Part shown: piece by piece, positions 17,073-26,519 of the stretch
Layout of the letters: each line of letters opens with the position of its first letter
Position numbering within the stretch: position 1 is the stretch's first letter
Virus record (IMG/VR): IMGVR_UViG_3300027711_000016
Span: 1-26,579 of that record
Length of the DNA stretch: 26,579 nucleotides
Source: a virus
Taxonomy: Duplodnaviria; Caudoviricetes
Direction: 5' to 3' (one strand)
Position numbers and translations under genes: made by a program
Notes under the pieces: model-generated
Told to the model about the DNA's origin: nothing
The model's database searches: none
What the model saw: the letters and a program-made list of their open reading frames with translations, nothing else

Positions 17073-18047
17073 ATGAGTATCATCGAAATTAAAGCAGCGG
17101 GATCGGTTCCCCGAATCGACGCGCAGACTCGGGAGTCCATCAACGCCAAGCGATTCGACGCGGCCGGGAACGGCCTGTTTCTCGCACGTCAGCTTGAGCA
17201 TGTTTATGCGGAGGTTTTGACCGAAGATGTTCCGCCTCAGAACGCGCTGGAGTTCTTCCCCATCGACAACTCGGTCGCAGCGGGTGCGCGCTCGCATACC
17301 GTGCGACGCAAGGAGATTCGTGGGCAGGCAAAGGTGCATCGTGGAAACGCGCCGCCTCCGCTTGTCTCGATCGGTCAGGAGACTGAAGAGTTCAAGGTCA
17401 ACCACTACGTCATCGGCGTTGAGCTGGATATTTTCGAGCTTCAGTCAGCGAGTTTTGCAGGGACGGCGATTCGTCAGGAGCTTGAGGACGCTGCTCAAAT
17501 CATCCTGCTCGAATACCTGAACGCCAAGACGTGGTTTGGCGATGTCGAGAACGATATCACGGGCGTCCTGAACTATCCGTGGCTCGCGAAGCTGGCGCTG
17601 TCTCAGGCGTTCAACATGGCCGCGGATGCAGGGGACATGCTCACTGCCCTAACCTACGCGGCGAACAAGCAGGGCAGCGAGACGAACACGGCCTACGCGC
17701 CGGACTCGCTTCTTGTCTCGCCCCGCCTGTATCAAATCCTTCAAGCGAAGCGATACGGCACGGTGGACGGCACTCGATTGCTTGCGGAGTTCATGGCGGT
17801 GAACCCGCACATCCGAAACGTCGACCAGGCTCTTGAGCTTCAGGGCACGGGTCCGGGCGGGACCGACCAGCTTCTGTTCTATCGCCGGGACCGTCGCTCC
17901 ATCGCGAACGTGGTTCCCCAGTCGTTCACGATGTTGCCGGCTCAGGCGCATAACTACTCTTGGACCATCCCGTGCTATATGAGTCACGGCGGCGTGGTGC
18001 AGCGTGACGTTCTCAATAACCTGTTGGCCTACGTGGAGGTTTCCTGA
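17073..18047 (+). CDS. Major capsid protein (DUF2184 family, HK97 fold)
   Basis: FLARQLEH, WFGD...ITGVLNYP, PDSLLV.P, GGV motifs; strong RBS; synteny. Confidence 0.9.
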   Translation: MSIIEIKAAGSVPRIDAQTRESINAKRFDAAGNGLFLARQLEHVYAEVLTEDVPPQNALEFFPIDNSVAAGARSHTVRRKEIRGQAKVHRGNAPPPLVSIGQETEEFKVNHYVIGVELDIFELQSASFAGTAIRQELEDAAQIILLEYLNAKTWFGDVENDITGVLNYPWLAKLALSQAFNMAADAGDMLTALTYAANKQGSETNTAYAPDSLLVSPRLYQILQAKRYGTVDGTRLLAEFMAVNPHIRNVDQALELQGTGPGGTDQLLFYRRDRRSIANVVPQSFTMLPAQAHNYSWTIPCYMSHGGVVQRDVLNNLLAYVEVS

Positions 18048-18301
18048 TGGCGACTAAAGACAAGACGGTGGTCGTGCGAAATAACTCGCGCGCTGAGGTT
18101 TACGTTTCGTTTCCTTCTTCGGTGAAGGCGCAAGTCGAGGGCGGTTTCGTTGAGGGTCTCGACATCGAGATCCCGCGCAAACCCAAAGCCGACTACACCT
18201 CACCGGGCGTTGAATTCGACGCCGCCGACTGGGAAAAAGTCGAGAAGAACCAGGCCATCGCTGGCATGGTTTCGACCGGCGTTCTGCAGGTATCCGCATG
18301 A
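18047..18301 (+). CDS. Small virion-associated hypothetical protein, 84 aa
   Basis: Coupled to the capsid gene stop; GGAGG RBS. Confidence 0.75.
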   Translation: MATKDKTVVVRNNSRAEVYVSFPSSVKAQVEGGFVEGLDIEIPRKPKADYTSPGVEFDAADWEKVEKNQAIAGMVSTGVLQVSA

Positions 18302-18651
18302 ATCCATTCTTCGCAGCCATAGCGCCCGAGTTTTCGGGTGACGACCCCGCGCCCTTTCTGGCGATGGCGGCTGCGAGGATGGACGCGCGCCATTTCGGTG
18401 CGCTGTACCCGCAGGCCGAGGCGTATCTTGCCGCGCATCTGATGGCCCTCGCCCACCGCTCCGCCAATAGTGGCGGCGGTGGCGGGGTTGTCGGCGCGGT
18501 TAAGTCTGCCTCGACCGGCGGCGTGTCGGTGTCCTACGGGATCGACGGATCAATCGGCGTGGGCGATTCGTCGCTTGCGTCGACCGCCTACGGGCTGGAA
18601 TACCTGGCGATTCTTAAATCCATCCCTTTGGCGCGGCTTATCAGGGCATGA
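18298..18651 (+). CDS. Head-tail adaptor (DUF4054-like)
   Basis: PEF, YLAAHL, S.S.GGVSVSY, T.YG.EYL motifs. Confidence 0.85.
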   Translation: MNPFFAAIAPEFSGDDPAPFLAMAAARMDARHFGALYPQAEAYLAAHLMALAHRSANSGGGGGVVGAVKSASTGGVSVSYGIDGSIGVGDSSLASTAYGLEYLAILKSIPLARLIRA

Positions 18652-18654
18652 ATT

Positions 18655-19113
18655 ATGGGCGTCAAAGACAACCGAAAAAAGCTCGATAAGGTCCTAAAGC
18701 AGCTGGACCTCACCGCCGCGATGTATGTCGTGGTCGGCATTCCCAAGAGCGCGCCGCCTCGCGAAGACGACCCGTCTGTAACGATGGCAGAGGTGGCGTT
18801 TTTTAACGAGTTCGGCACCGTCAATGCGCCCGAGCGCTCGTTCATCCGCGCGACCGTCGACAAAGAAAGAGACAAATATTTCCGGATGCAGGAAACGTTC
18901 GTCGATGCGCTCTATCAAGGCAAGATCGACCCTAAAAAGTCGCTCGGTCTCCTCGGCGAGCAGGCGAAAGCCGATATCCAGCGCACAATTGCGGCCGGGG
19001 TTGCGCCAGCTAATGCCGAGAGCACCATCGAGCGCAAAGGCTCATCGAAAACGCTCGTGGATACCGGCGCGCTTCGCCAGGCTATCGACTACGAGATCCG
19101 AGGTGCAAAGTGA
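18655..19113 (+). CDS. Neck / tail-completion protein
   Basis: A.VA.FNEFGT...PERSFIR, PANA.STI.RKGSSK.L.DTG motifs. Confidence 0.85.
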   Translation: MGVKDNRKKLDKVLKQLDLTAAMYVVVGIPKSAPPREDDPSVTMAEVAFFNEFGTVNAPERSFIRATVDKERDKYFRMQETFVDALYQGKIDPKKSLGLLGEQAKADIQRTIAAGVAPANAESTIERKGSSKTLVDTGALRQAIDYEIRGAK

Positions 19114-19433
19114 TCCTCGGCCTACGTCCACAATCGGGGCGCCGTGCTGCCCCGCCCGTAAACAACGAGGGGGTGATCTCGACTATCTATTCGGGGTTTG
19201 ATTTCAGCGGTGCGATTCAGCCGCTTGGAATGCGCGAGCGCGAGGCGCTGGACCCCGGATTCGCGGAGCGCGCCCGCTATATGCTTTTCACGTACGAGGA
19301 ATTGCACACCCTCACCGACCAGGTATTGCACCGCGGCGAGTGGTGCGAGGTTTTCGGGTGGGCGGACTGGCAGGATGCGCCCGTTCTGGCGCACAACGAG
19401 TACGTTCTTTTGCGCCCGGAGCCCGCCACGTGA
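19110..19433 (+). CDS. Putative head-closure / head-tail joining protein
   Basis: Synteny, size, G.IQP motif, GTGA overlaps at both ends. Confidence 0.65.
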   Translation: MILGLRPQSGRRAAPPVNNEGVISTIYSGFDFSGAIQPLGMREREALDPGFAERARYMLFTYEELHTLTDQVLHRGEWCEVFGWADWQDAPVLAHNEYVLLRPEPAT

Positions 19434-21004
19434 CCTACACCCCCACAGCTTACGAAAAGGGGCTTTGGCACTGGCTCGACTCCGTGGTGGGGTCGACGGT
19501 CGACGATATCCGCTACGCAAATCAGCCGTTTGCGGTCGGCGGTAAAACCGTTGTCACGATCCAGGTTTTGCAGGTCACCCAGGAGATGACGCCGAGCCGC
19601 AGGCTGACCATCCCCGGCCGACACGAGGAGATCGAGTCAGCCTATACCGGGACCGTTTCGGTGCAGGTCTTCGGGCCGAATCACCGCGCGATCGCGCAGA
19701 CGATTGTGCGCTCTTTATGGCGCGATGACATCGGGCGAACGAACACCGCGAACGGCGTCGAGGTGCGCGGCGAGGTCGGCGGGATTCAGGACCTCTCGGC
19801 GCTTATCGCGACGGATTACCTGGCGCGCTCGGGCGTTGATTTCTCGTTTTCATTCCGCCAGATATGGACCGCCGACGAGGCAAGCGCCGCGATCACCGCC
19901 GCCGCCGCGACCGGCATGGGCGGCACCGCGTTTGTTGAGCAGTCCAAGCGCATCGCCGCGGCGCTTCGCGGCGAGTCGACTGTCACGGTTGGCGCGTCGG
20001 TGAGCATGACGGCGAGCGCCACAATCGAGGGCGCATCGACGGTCAGCGTGGGCGCGACGGTCCGCGTTCCGGTCTCCGTGCAGTGCGTCGGGGGGTCGTC
20101 TGTGATTGTCGGCGCGATGGCGCGCAGGATTGCAGAGGCTACATGTGCGGGCGCGTCTTCGGTGCTCGTTGGCGGAATGGTGCGCAGGCTCGCGAAGACC
20201 TCACCCATTATCGGCGCGTCTAGCGTCATCGCCTCGACGTTGGCTCGACGCATGGCGATCGTCGCGACAAGCGGGGGGTCGGTCGTGACGGCGTCCGGCG
20301 GCATTAGGCGCCCTTACGACGATATCGAAGCGCTAAACCCGGATTTTTTCGTCCAGTTCAAATATCCTGTTTACGCCGGGCAACAGGCTCTATTTCGCGA
20401 TGAGCTTTGCACAAGCCCGGTAACCGACGCGGGCAACCATACGATCGGCGGGGCGAAGAACCCTTTCAGTGGGGACATCGTGCTGACTCAGGCTAGCGCA
20501 TCGGCTCGCCCGCTGTGGGGCGGGGGAAGTGTGGGGGCAGTTTTTGACGCGATTGATGACTTCCTTGAGAGTCCATCAAGTCTTATTTTGGCTCTGCCCT
20601 ATACGCTTGGGATTAGGCAGCGGAACACAAACGCAGACACGACAAGGCAGACGTTTATTCACTACGGGGCATCCTATTTGTTTAGAGAGGGAGGCAGCCT
20701 AAAATCAGCTGTCGCTTACACCTTTCCCAACGATACCTCCTATCCTAATGATATGTCTGAAGTGATGCTTATCAAGGAGGCGCTAGCCAACCCGCCCGCC
20801 GCAACCGCATCTGTAGAATGGAACGGAAACAGGACCGAGCAAACGCAGGCGAGCGAGACGGTAGCCTTCGGAACTTCAGGCCCTATTATCGTTGGATCTC
20901 AAGCTGGCTCAATCAGGTTCGCCGCGATGGAGGTTAGTTTTGTTGTCGCATTTGCTCGTGTTTTGTCGGAACCTGAGAAGGCCATATTGCGAGGTGCCCC
21001 ATGA
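19430..21004 (+). CDS. Tail-terminator-like N-terminal domain fused to ~20-aa beta repeats and a C-terminal beta-sandwich (lectin/LamG-like) domain
   Basis: Start moved to GTG 19430 (GGAG RBS, GTGA overlap). First ~150 aa look terminator-like (SVQVFG, IQDLSAL, RSGVDFSF); FDAIDDFL opens the C-terminal domain. Confidence 0.65.
   Translation: MTYTPTAYEKGLWHWLDSVVGSTVDDIRYANQPFAVGGKTVVTIQVLQVTQEMTPSRRLTIPGRHEEIESAYTGTVSVQVFGPNHRAIAQTIVRSLWRDDIGRTNTANGVEVRGEVGGIQDLSALIATDYLARSGVDFSFSFRQIWTADEASAAITAAAATGMGGTAFVEQSKRIAAALRGESTVTVGASVSMTASATIEGASTVSVGATVRVPVSVQCVGGSSVIVGAMARRIAEATCAGASSVLVGGMVRRLAKTSPIIGASSVIASTLARRMAIVATSGGSVVTASGGIRRPYDDIEALNPDFFVQFKYPVYAGQQALFRDELCTSPVTDAGNHTIGGAKNPFSGDIVLTQASASARPLWGGGSVGAVFDAIDDFLESPSSLILALPYTLGIRQRNTNADTTRQTFIHYGASYLFREGGSLKSAVAYTFPNDTSYPNDMSEVMLIKEALANPPAATASVEWNGNRTEQTQASETVAFGTSGPIIVGSQAGSIRFAAMEVSFVVAFARVLSEPEKAILRGAP
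19949..20312 (+). repeat. Six degenerate ~20-aa (60-bp) repeats with a G-x-S-x-V core
   Basis: RGESTVTVGA / EGASTVSVGA / VGGSSVIVGA / AGASSVLVGG / IGASSVIAST / SGGSVVTASG. Confidence 0.8.
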
Positions 21005-21339
21005 TAATCCTTGCCAAGCACTTGCTAATCTTATGCCCAATCCCCTCCATCGAGGCCGCCAATCAGGCTTGCGTACAGGTCACGGGGCTTGAAGCCTCAG
21101 CCAACACCTTCTCAGCCGATAACATCATGCTGATGGGCGGTATCGAATACGCTGTTGCAGGTGTATATGTCACGATGACAGAGTACGAAGACCTTGAGCC
21201 GCTGAAACAAGCTCTAGGTGGGCACTACTGGACCACCAAAGAGCAAACCGTTGAGCAAGGTTGGGTTGATGTGCAAAGTGTAGATTTAATTATGTCAGAA
21301 AATAATATAACACGCCCCGAAATAGAGGATGAAATCTAA
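21001..21339 (+). CDS. Hypothetical acidic protein, 112 aa (possible fibre chaperone/accessory)
   Basis: ATGA overlap, GAGGTG RBS, lower-GC codon usage. Confidence 0.7.
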   Translation: MIILAKHLLILCPIPSIEAANQACVQVTGLEASANTFSADNIMLMGGIEYAVAGVYVTMTEYEDLEPLKQALGGHYWTTKEQTVEQGWVDVQSVDLIMSENNITRPEIEDEI

Positions 21340-21689
21340 TGGCAAAATTAACTGATTTAATCGCAACCACCCTCGCCCAAACCACCGGCTCACTTATCGC
21401 GCTACATGCCGGGAACCCCGGCGCGGACGGTTCGGCGAACGAACTCTCGGGCGACGGATACTCGCGCGCAGCCGGGACCTACACGATCTCAGGCGACACC
21501 GCGACGCTCGACGACGACGCTGTATTTGGACCCGCGACCGGCGACTGGGGCACTATTACGCACGTCACGATCTGGGCATCGGACGGAACCACCGGGCTGT
21601 GGTCGGGTGCGCTCACCGCGTCTAAGACCGTTTTGACCGGCGACGAACTCGTCATCAAATCCGGCGACCTGACCATTCAAGAAACCTAA
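21339..21689 (+). CDS. Small beta-rich virion structural / fibre-associated protein, 116 aa
   Basis: ALH..NPG..G.ANE.SG.GY.R, F..AT.DWGTITH..IW, G.L..SKTV..GD pattern, common in phage structural modules. Confidence 0.75.
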   Translation: MAKLTDLIATTLAQTTGSLIALHAGNPGADGSANELSGDGYSRAAGTYTISGDTATLDDDAVFGPATGDWGTITHVTIWASDGTTGLWSGALTASKTVLTGDELVIKSGDLTIQET

Positions 21690-21710
21690 TATTTCACCAG
21701 GAGTTGAACA

Positions 21711-22772
21711 ATGAGTTTAGACCATAAAATCGATATCCAAATCTCGCTCGGCGCGCCGTCGGTATCGCGCGCCGGGTTCGGGGTCGTCTTAATCCTCGAC
21801 GATGGCGCGTCTTTTGCCACGCGCGTTAAAACGATCGCTGCCGCCGACAACTACGCGTCCGACGCCGAGCTCAGCACCGAGTCGATAGCCGCGCTCGCCG
21901 CGATCTTCTCGCAGCCGATGGCGCCCACCAAGGCGATCGTCGCGCGCGCGGATACCGCTGGCAGCGAAACGCTCACCGACGCCCTTGGGCTTGCGCGTGA
22001 CGTTTCAAGCGACTGGTACGGCATCGTATCGGTGAGCCGCCTTGCGGCAGACATCGAGGAGATCGCCGCCTGGGCCGAGGCGAACGGGCGGCTTTTCGTC
22101 GCGCAGTCGTCCGACGCCGACATCCTGACCGCCGGATCTGGCGACGTTGCAAGCGGCCTTGCAGCACTCAGCTACCGCAACACCGCGCTCATCTACCACG
22201 ACACCGACGCCGAGGCGCTTGACGCCGGCTGGCTCGGCGGATTCCTCGCGAAGTCGTTTGACCTGATGGCGCCTACCGCGGTTTACCAGACCGTCGCAGG
22301 CGCTGCCCCGTCGCTCGATGACGTCGGCGCGCAGACCATCGTGGAGGGCAAAAACGCGAACTATTACAGCACGCTCAAAGGCGTCCCGGCGACGTTTGGC
22401 GGCACGGTCGCAGACGGACACGATATCGAGCATATTGTCACCGGCGCGTGGGTCCGCGCGCGCTTGTCCGAGAGCATCGCGCAGTTGTTTTTGAACGCCA
22501 CCGAGCGCGGGTCGCGCATCCCGTACAGCGACCTCGGCATCGCGATGTTTGAGCAAGTCACCTATGACGTGCTCAAGCGCGGCGAGGAGATCGGCCACTT
22601 TAACCCCGGCACTTCTTCGGTCGCGATGCCCGCGCGCGCCGATGTCCCCCAGGGGGATATCGACGACGGCATCCTTCGCTATGTGTGGGGCGCTCAGTAT
22701 TCCGGCGTGATTAAATCGGTCGAAATGGTCGGCTATGTCTCGCTTGACTTCAACGGTTTCGAGGAGAATTAA
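21711..22772 (+). CDS. Tail sheath protein (DUF3383-like, compact 353 aa)
   Basis: SRAGFG..LI, IFSQ...P, DWY, IAAWAEA, N.NYY, IPYSD.GI motifs; upstream of the tube gene. Confidence 0.88.
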   Translation: MSLDHKIDIQISLGAPSVSRAGFGVVLILDDGASFATRVKTIAAADNYASDAELSTESIAALAAIFSQPMAPTKAIVARADTAGSETLTDALGLARDVSSDWYGIVSVSRLAADIEEIAAWAEANGRLFVAQSSDADILTAGSGDVASGLAALSYRNTALIYHDTDAEALDAGWLGGFLAKSFDLMAPTAVYQTVAGAAPSLDDVGAQTIVEGKNANYYSTLKGVPATFGGTVADGHDIEHIVTGAWVRARLSESIAQLFLNATERGSRIPYSDLGIAMFEQVTYDVLKRGEEIGHFNPGTSSVAMPARADVPQGDIDDGILRYVWGAQYSGVIKSVEMVGYVSLDFNGFEEN

Positions 22773-22774
22773 AA

Positions 22775-23197
22775 ATGGCTTTACACGATTACAACTTTGC
22801 GCATTGCGCTATCTTAGTGGACGGGTTGCCCGTCGAAGGTTTCAACGGGGACGACGGGGTGGAGATCGCCTATGAGTCCGACGTGTGGACCAGCGAGGCG
22901 GGGGCCGACGGGGAAGTGGTGCGTTCTGCCACCAACGACCGGCGAGCGACGATCACCTTTCACCTCAACGAAACAAGCGCGCTCAACGCGTTCTTCCGCG
23001 CCAAGGTCCTGGTCGGGCGCACAGCCGGGATCGGCGACACGTTTTCGTTCTTCCTGAAAGACCTGCACACCGGCGAGACCGTCACCGCGCCGCAGTGCTG
23101 GGTCCAAACCGACCCGGGCGTCACCAAGGCGCGAGCAGCTGGCGCGCGCGATTGGGTGTGCATGGGCGCTGACGTCACGATCACGGGAGGCATTTAA
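22775..23197 (+). CDS. Tail tube protein (DUF3277-like)
   Basis: GADGE, ITF.L..TS..N, R.W motifs; 140 aa; follows the sheath gene. Confidence 0.85.
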   Translation: MALHDYNFAHCAILVDGLPVEGFNGDDGVEIAYESDVWTSEAGADGEVVRSATNDRRATITFHLNETSALNAFFRAKVLVGRTAGIGDTFSFFLKDLHTGETVTAPQCWVQTDPGVTKARAAGARDWVCMGADVTITGGI

Positions 23198-23652
23198 TGT
23201 TGGATTCTCACGAGACAACTTTGGTCGATGATTTCGGTCTGGAGCATAATTATTCAACCCAGCTCTACCCCGCGGGCGAGGGGTTTAAGCTGCTCCCGAT
23301 CATCGTCAAAATGGCCAGCGGGCCGATCGGCGACCTTATCGACGCCATCGGCACCGACGGGCTCAACGCGGACATCGACGGCGCCAAATTATCGTCCGCC
23401 CTGGGCGGGATTGCGCAGGCGATTATCGCCGAGGGGAGCGAGGAATTCTTAAAACGAATCCTCAAATATACCATCCGCGATTCGGCGAAGGTCCCGCTTG
23501 GTTTTGACAAGGCCTACCAGGGGAATTATGGCGAACTTTTCGCAGCGATCGCCTGGGTGTTGATGAAAAACTACGGCCCTTTTTTTCAAAGACACCTCGC
23601 GGGCGGCTTGTCACAAGTCAAAGCGCGCTTGGCGAGCGTGTCAACAGACTGA
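23197..23652 (+). CDS. Tail assembly chaperone (gpG-like)
   Basis: Between tube and tape measure; slippery site near its 3' end. Confidence 0.8.
   Translation: MLDSHETTLVDDFGLEHNYSTQLYPAGEGFKLLPIIVKMASGPIGDLIDAIGTDGLNADIDGAKLSSALGGIAQAIIAEGSEEFLKRILKYTIRDSAKVPLGFDKAYQGNYGELFAAIAWVLMKNYGPFFQRHLAGGLSQVKARLASVSTD
23577..23586 (+). promoter_or_regulatory. -1 programmed ribosomal frameshift site (C CCT TTT / T TTT TTT)
   Basis: In-frame X XXY YYZ heptamer; the -1 frame is open to TGA at 23817-23819. Confidence 0.8.
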
Positions 23653-23819
23653 CCGAGAAAAGCGGGGTCGAGTGGCTCTACTGGCGCCTTTGGCTACAAA
23701 AGAACACCGACCCCGTGCACGTCCGCCGCACCTGGACGATCTACGACGTCCTAGACGCACACGAGGCACTCGACGTCGAGGCTGACATCGAGGAAACCAT
23801 AGCAAGGAAGCAACGGTGA
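23583..23819 (+). CDS. Frameshift extension of the tail chaperone (gpGT-like; not in the ORF track)
   Basis: ...KSGVEWLYWRLWLQKNTDPVHVRRTWTIYDVLDAHEALDVEADIEETIARKQR*; stop overlaps the tape-measure GTG. Confidence 0.78.
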   Translation, partial: FSKTPRGRLVTSQSALGERVNRLTEKSGVEWLYWRLWLQKNTDPVHVRRTWTIYDVLDAHEALDVEADIEETIARKQR

Positions 23820-25552
23820 TAGTTCGCGAGTTGGTCACAGCACTGGGGTTTAATGTCGACGAAAAAGCGCTCGGCGGATACGAGCGCCGAATCGGCGGCC
23901 TTAAAAAGTCCCTCGCCGTTGTCGCAGGTGCGGCAGCAGCGGGCGGGGCTGCGCTCTTCGCGCTGGCGCAAAAGGCGGCGAACGTCGGCGATGACGCGGC
24001 GAAAACCGGCGTCGCGATCGGCCTAACCGCCGAGCAGGTGCAGGAGTATCGCCACGCCGCGAGCCTTGCGGGAATCGATTCCGGCCAGCTGACCTCGGCG
24101 TTTATGCGGCTTACCAAAAGCGCAGGCGACGCCGATAAGGGGAGCGCGACACTTGCCCAAACGTTCGCCGACCTTGGCGTGGAGCTTCGAGGGGTTGATG
24201 GCGAGCTCAAAGACTCCTCGACGCTATTCGAGGAGGTCGCCGACGGCATCGCAAAGATGCCCGATGGAACGGCTAAGGCCGCCGCCGCTATGAATCTTTT
24301 CGGGCGCTCGGGCGGGCGAATGCTCACGCTGCTAAATACGGGCGCCGATGGCATTCGCGAGGCTAGACAGGAGGCGCGCGACCTTGGCGCGGTTCTGTCT
24401 AACGATGCGGCGGCGGCAGGCGAGTCGTTTAACGACACGTTTTTCAGGCTACAACAACTCGTCGGTGGCCTGGCGCTACAACTCGGGTCGGCGCTTATCC
24501 CGGAGATCGACGACGCAGGCCAGGGTCTTTTGGAGCTCGTGAAGGCCAACCGCGAACTTATCCGGGTGAAGATGCGCGAGTTCATCCAAGCGGTTGTGAA
24601 GGCGTTCAAAATCGCGGCGATCTGGGCGAAGCGCATCGCTGAGGGCGTCGCGGTTATCACGCGCGCGCTGGGCGGGTTCGAGAGAGCGTTAAAGCTCGCC
24701 ATCCCGCTGCTCCTTGCGTTCGTTGCGTTCAAGGGAATCGCAGGCGTCGCCGCGCTCGCCAAAAGTTTTATGCTCGCAGCGAGCGCCGTTAAAGCGTTCG
24801 GGGTTCAAGGGCTACTGGCCTGGGCGAAGATACTCGCGCCCATCGCCCTAGTCGTTGCGGGTATCGCGCTTGTTATCCTGATTTTGGAGGATCTTGTCGC
24901 GTGGTCGGAGGGTCGCGACTCGGTGTTCGGCGGGCTGTTCCCAGATGTCGCGTTCGAGGATATCAAAAAATATATCGGCTGGATTATGATCGCGCTCGGC
25001 GCAATCATTGGCCTGATAGCGTTGGTCGCCGGCGGCTGGGTCATCGCTGTGGTCGCCGCGGTCGGGGTCGCCGCTGGGGTGTTCGCGCAGTTCTACGACG
25101 ATATGGTCGACTGGACCGCGGGGGCGATCGGCAAGGTGGCGGCGTTCTTCGCGGCGATGGGCGACTCGATCAAGGCCGTTTTCATGGGCGTTGTCGATGC
25201 AATAACCAGCGCCATCAATAACGTATCGGGCAAGGTCAACAAGGTCGTAGGCGGCGCGCGCTCGCTTCTAAACAAGCTCACGGGCGTCAATATAGGGTCC
25301 GGCGAAGCACTCGCCGGCGCGCAGGTCGGCGGGGGCGCTGCGGGCCCGGGCGTCGACGCGGGCAGGCGCGCCGCGCAGGTCCAAAACAACCGATCGGCCA
25401 CGTCGAGTATCGGCAAGGTCGAAGTGCAGGTGCAGGGGTCTAGCGGGATGGGCCCCGAAGAAATGTCACGCGCGACCGAGGAGGGCGTTAGGCGCGCGAT
25501 GTCTAGACAACTCGCCAACGCGGGCGCAGCTTTTGACGGCGGGGGCTACTAA
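23816..25552 (+). CDS. Tape measure protein
   Basis: IVRELVTALGF.VD start, Ala/Gly-rich helical sequence, AM.LFGRSG motif, hydrophobic segments; synteny. Confidence 0.92.
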   Translation: MIVRELVTALGFNVDEKALGGYERRIGGLKKSLAVVAGAAAAGGAALFALAQKAANVGDDAAKTGVAIGLTAEQVQEYRHAASLAGIDSGQLTSAFMRLTKSAGDADKGSATLAQTFADLGVELRGVDGELKDSSTLFEEVADGIAKMPDGTAKAAAAMNLFGRSGGRMLTLLNTGADGIREARQEARDLGAVLSNDAAAAGESFNDTFFRLQQLVGGLALQLGSALIPEIDDAGQGLLELVKANRELIRVKMREFIQAVVKAFKIAAIWAKRIAEGVAVITRALGGFERALKLAIPLLLAFVAFKGIAGVAALAKSFMLAASAVKAFGVQGLLAWAKILAPIALVVAGIALVILILEDLVAWSEGRDSVFGGLFPDVAFEDIKKYIGWIMIALGAIIGLIALVAGGWVIAVVAAVGVAAGVFAQFYDDMVDWTAGAIGKVAAFFAAMGDSIKAVFMGVVDAITSAINNVSGKVNKVVGGARSLLNKLTGVNIGSGEALAGAQVGGGAAGPGVDAGRRAAQVQNNRSATSSIGKVEVQVQGSSGMGPEEMSRATEEGVRRAMSRQLANAGAAFDGGGY

Positions 25553-26163
25553 TGGCCGAATATACGATCATGCTGCACGGGTCGATCATCGGGGATATCG
25601 TCACGCTCGACGCGACCGAATCCGAGATGCACACCCAGGACGCGGAGGTCACCGAATTCCCGACCGAGACCGGCGGGGCTATCACCGACCACGTGCGCGC
25701 GAAACAACTCACGCTCTTGCTCAGGGGGACGCTGTCGGCTTCGCCACTAGATGAGTCGCTACAGTCCGAGTTGAGGTTAGAAGACGCGCACGAGGCGCTT
25801 CTGGCAGCCGTCGAGGAAGGCGCGCCGACGACCATCGTCACTGGCCTGACGTTTTACCAAAATATGGTGATTCGCTCGTACTCAGCGGAGCGATCGGGGC
25901 AAGGTGGGCGGGCGCTCGCCGTGGTGCTGGATCTGGTGCAGGTGCGGATCGTCGACGAGGTCGAGGTTGATATTCCGCCGTCGATACTCGATCCGAAAAC
26001 AACGCGGCCTGACGGGCAATCCAAGAAGGACGCGGGCGCACAGACCGGCCAAAAACCTGATGAGAACGAAACCAAAGCGGCCGCGTCGGGCTTGAAACAA
26101 ATCACTGGTGGAGGCTCGATTCTCGGCGGGCTAGGCCAGGGCGTGTCGGGGTTATTTCCATGA
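25552..26163 (+). CDS. Baseplate / tail-tube initiator (Dit-like) protein
   Basis: LDAT.SE.H....VTEFP.E.G..ITDH, IVTGL..Y.NMVI, L.QVRIV motifs. Confidence 0.85.
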   Translation: MAEYTIMLHGSIIGDIVTLDATESEMHTQDAEVTEFPTETGGAITDHVRAKQLTLLLRGTLSASPLDESLQSELRLEDAHEALLAAVEEGAPTTIVTGLTFYQNMVIRSYSAERSGQGGRALAVVLDLVQVRIVDEVEVDIPPSILDPKTTRPDGQSKKDAGAQTGQKPDENETKAAASGLKQITGGGSILGGLGQGVSGLFP

Positions 26164-26519
26164 GAATTTTGCCGATATTTACGAGTTCCACCTTCTTCGA
26201 GTACGTGATCGACCTCGACGGCGCAGACTGGGTGCTGCGCTTTCGTTGGTCTTCGCGTTTCGACACGTGGTATCTCGACGTCTTTGACGCCGACGAGCAA
26301 CCCGTTGCGCTTGGCGTTCGCCTGGTGCTTGGCGTGGATCTCCTCGCGACATATCCCGGCGAGAAACCCGCGGGGATGCTCGCGGTTATCACGCTCGACA
26401 AGACGCCCACAGACCCAGGTTTCGGTTCGTTTGATCGTGGTCACCGCCTTGTTTATTTCGAGGCCGCCGATATCGAGGCCGTGCCGCCTCCGAGCTTGAG
26501 GATCTACGATGCAGTTTAA
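26160..26519 (+). CDS. Small baseplate protein (plug/hub-associated)
   Basis: I.LDG....LRFRW..R...WYLD, G.RLV.G.DLL motifs; synteny. Confidence 0.78.
   Translation: MRILPIFTSSTFFEYVIDLDGADWVLRFRWSSRFDTWYLDVFDADEQPVALGVRLVLGVDLLATYPGEKPAGMLAVITLDKTPTDPGFGSFDRGHRLVYFEAADIEAVPPPSLRIYDAV

Noticed and set aside
17073-18047. Encapsulin/linocin interpretation of the DUF2184 protein
   Set aside because: It sits in a complete terminase-portal-protease-neck-tail context, so it is the phage major capsid protein.
26057-26071. CTGATGA-GAAC-GAAA resembling a hammerhead ribozyme core
   Set aside because: No room for stem II, no flanking stems found, and it is ordinary coding sequence (PDENET).
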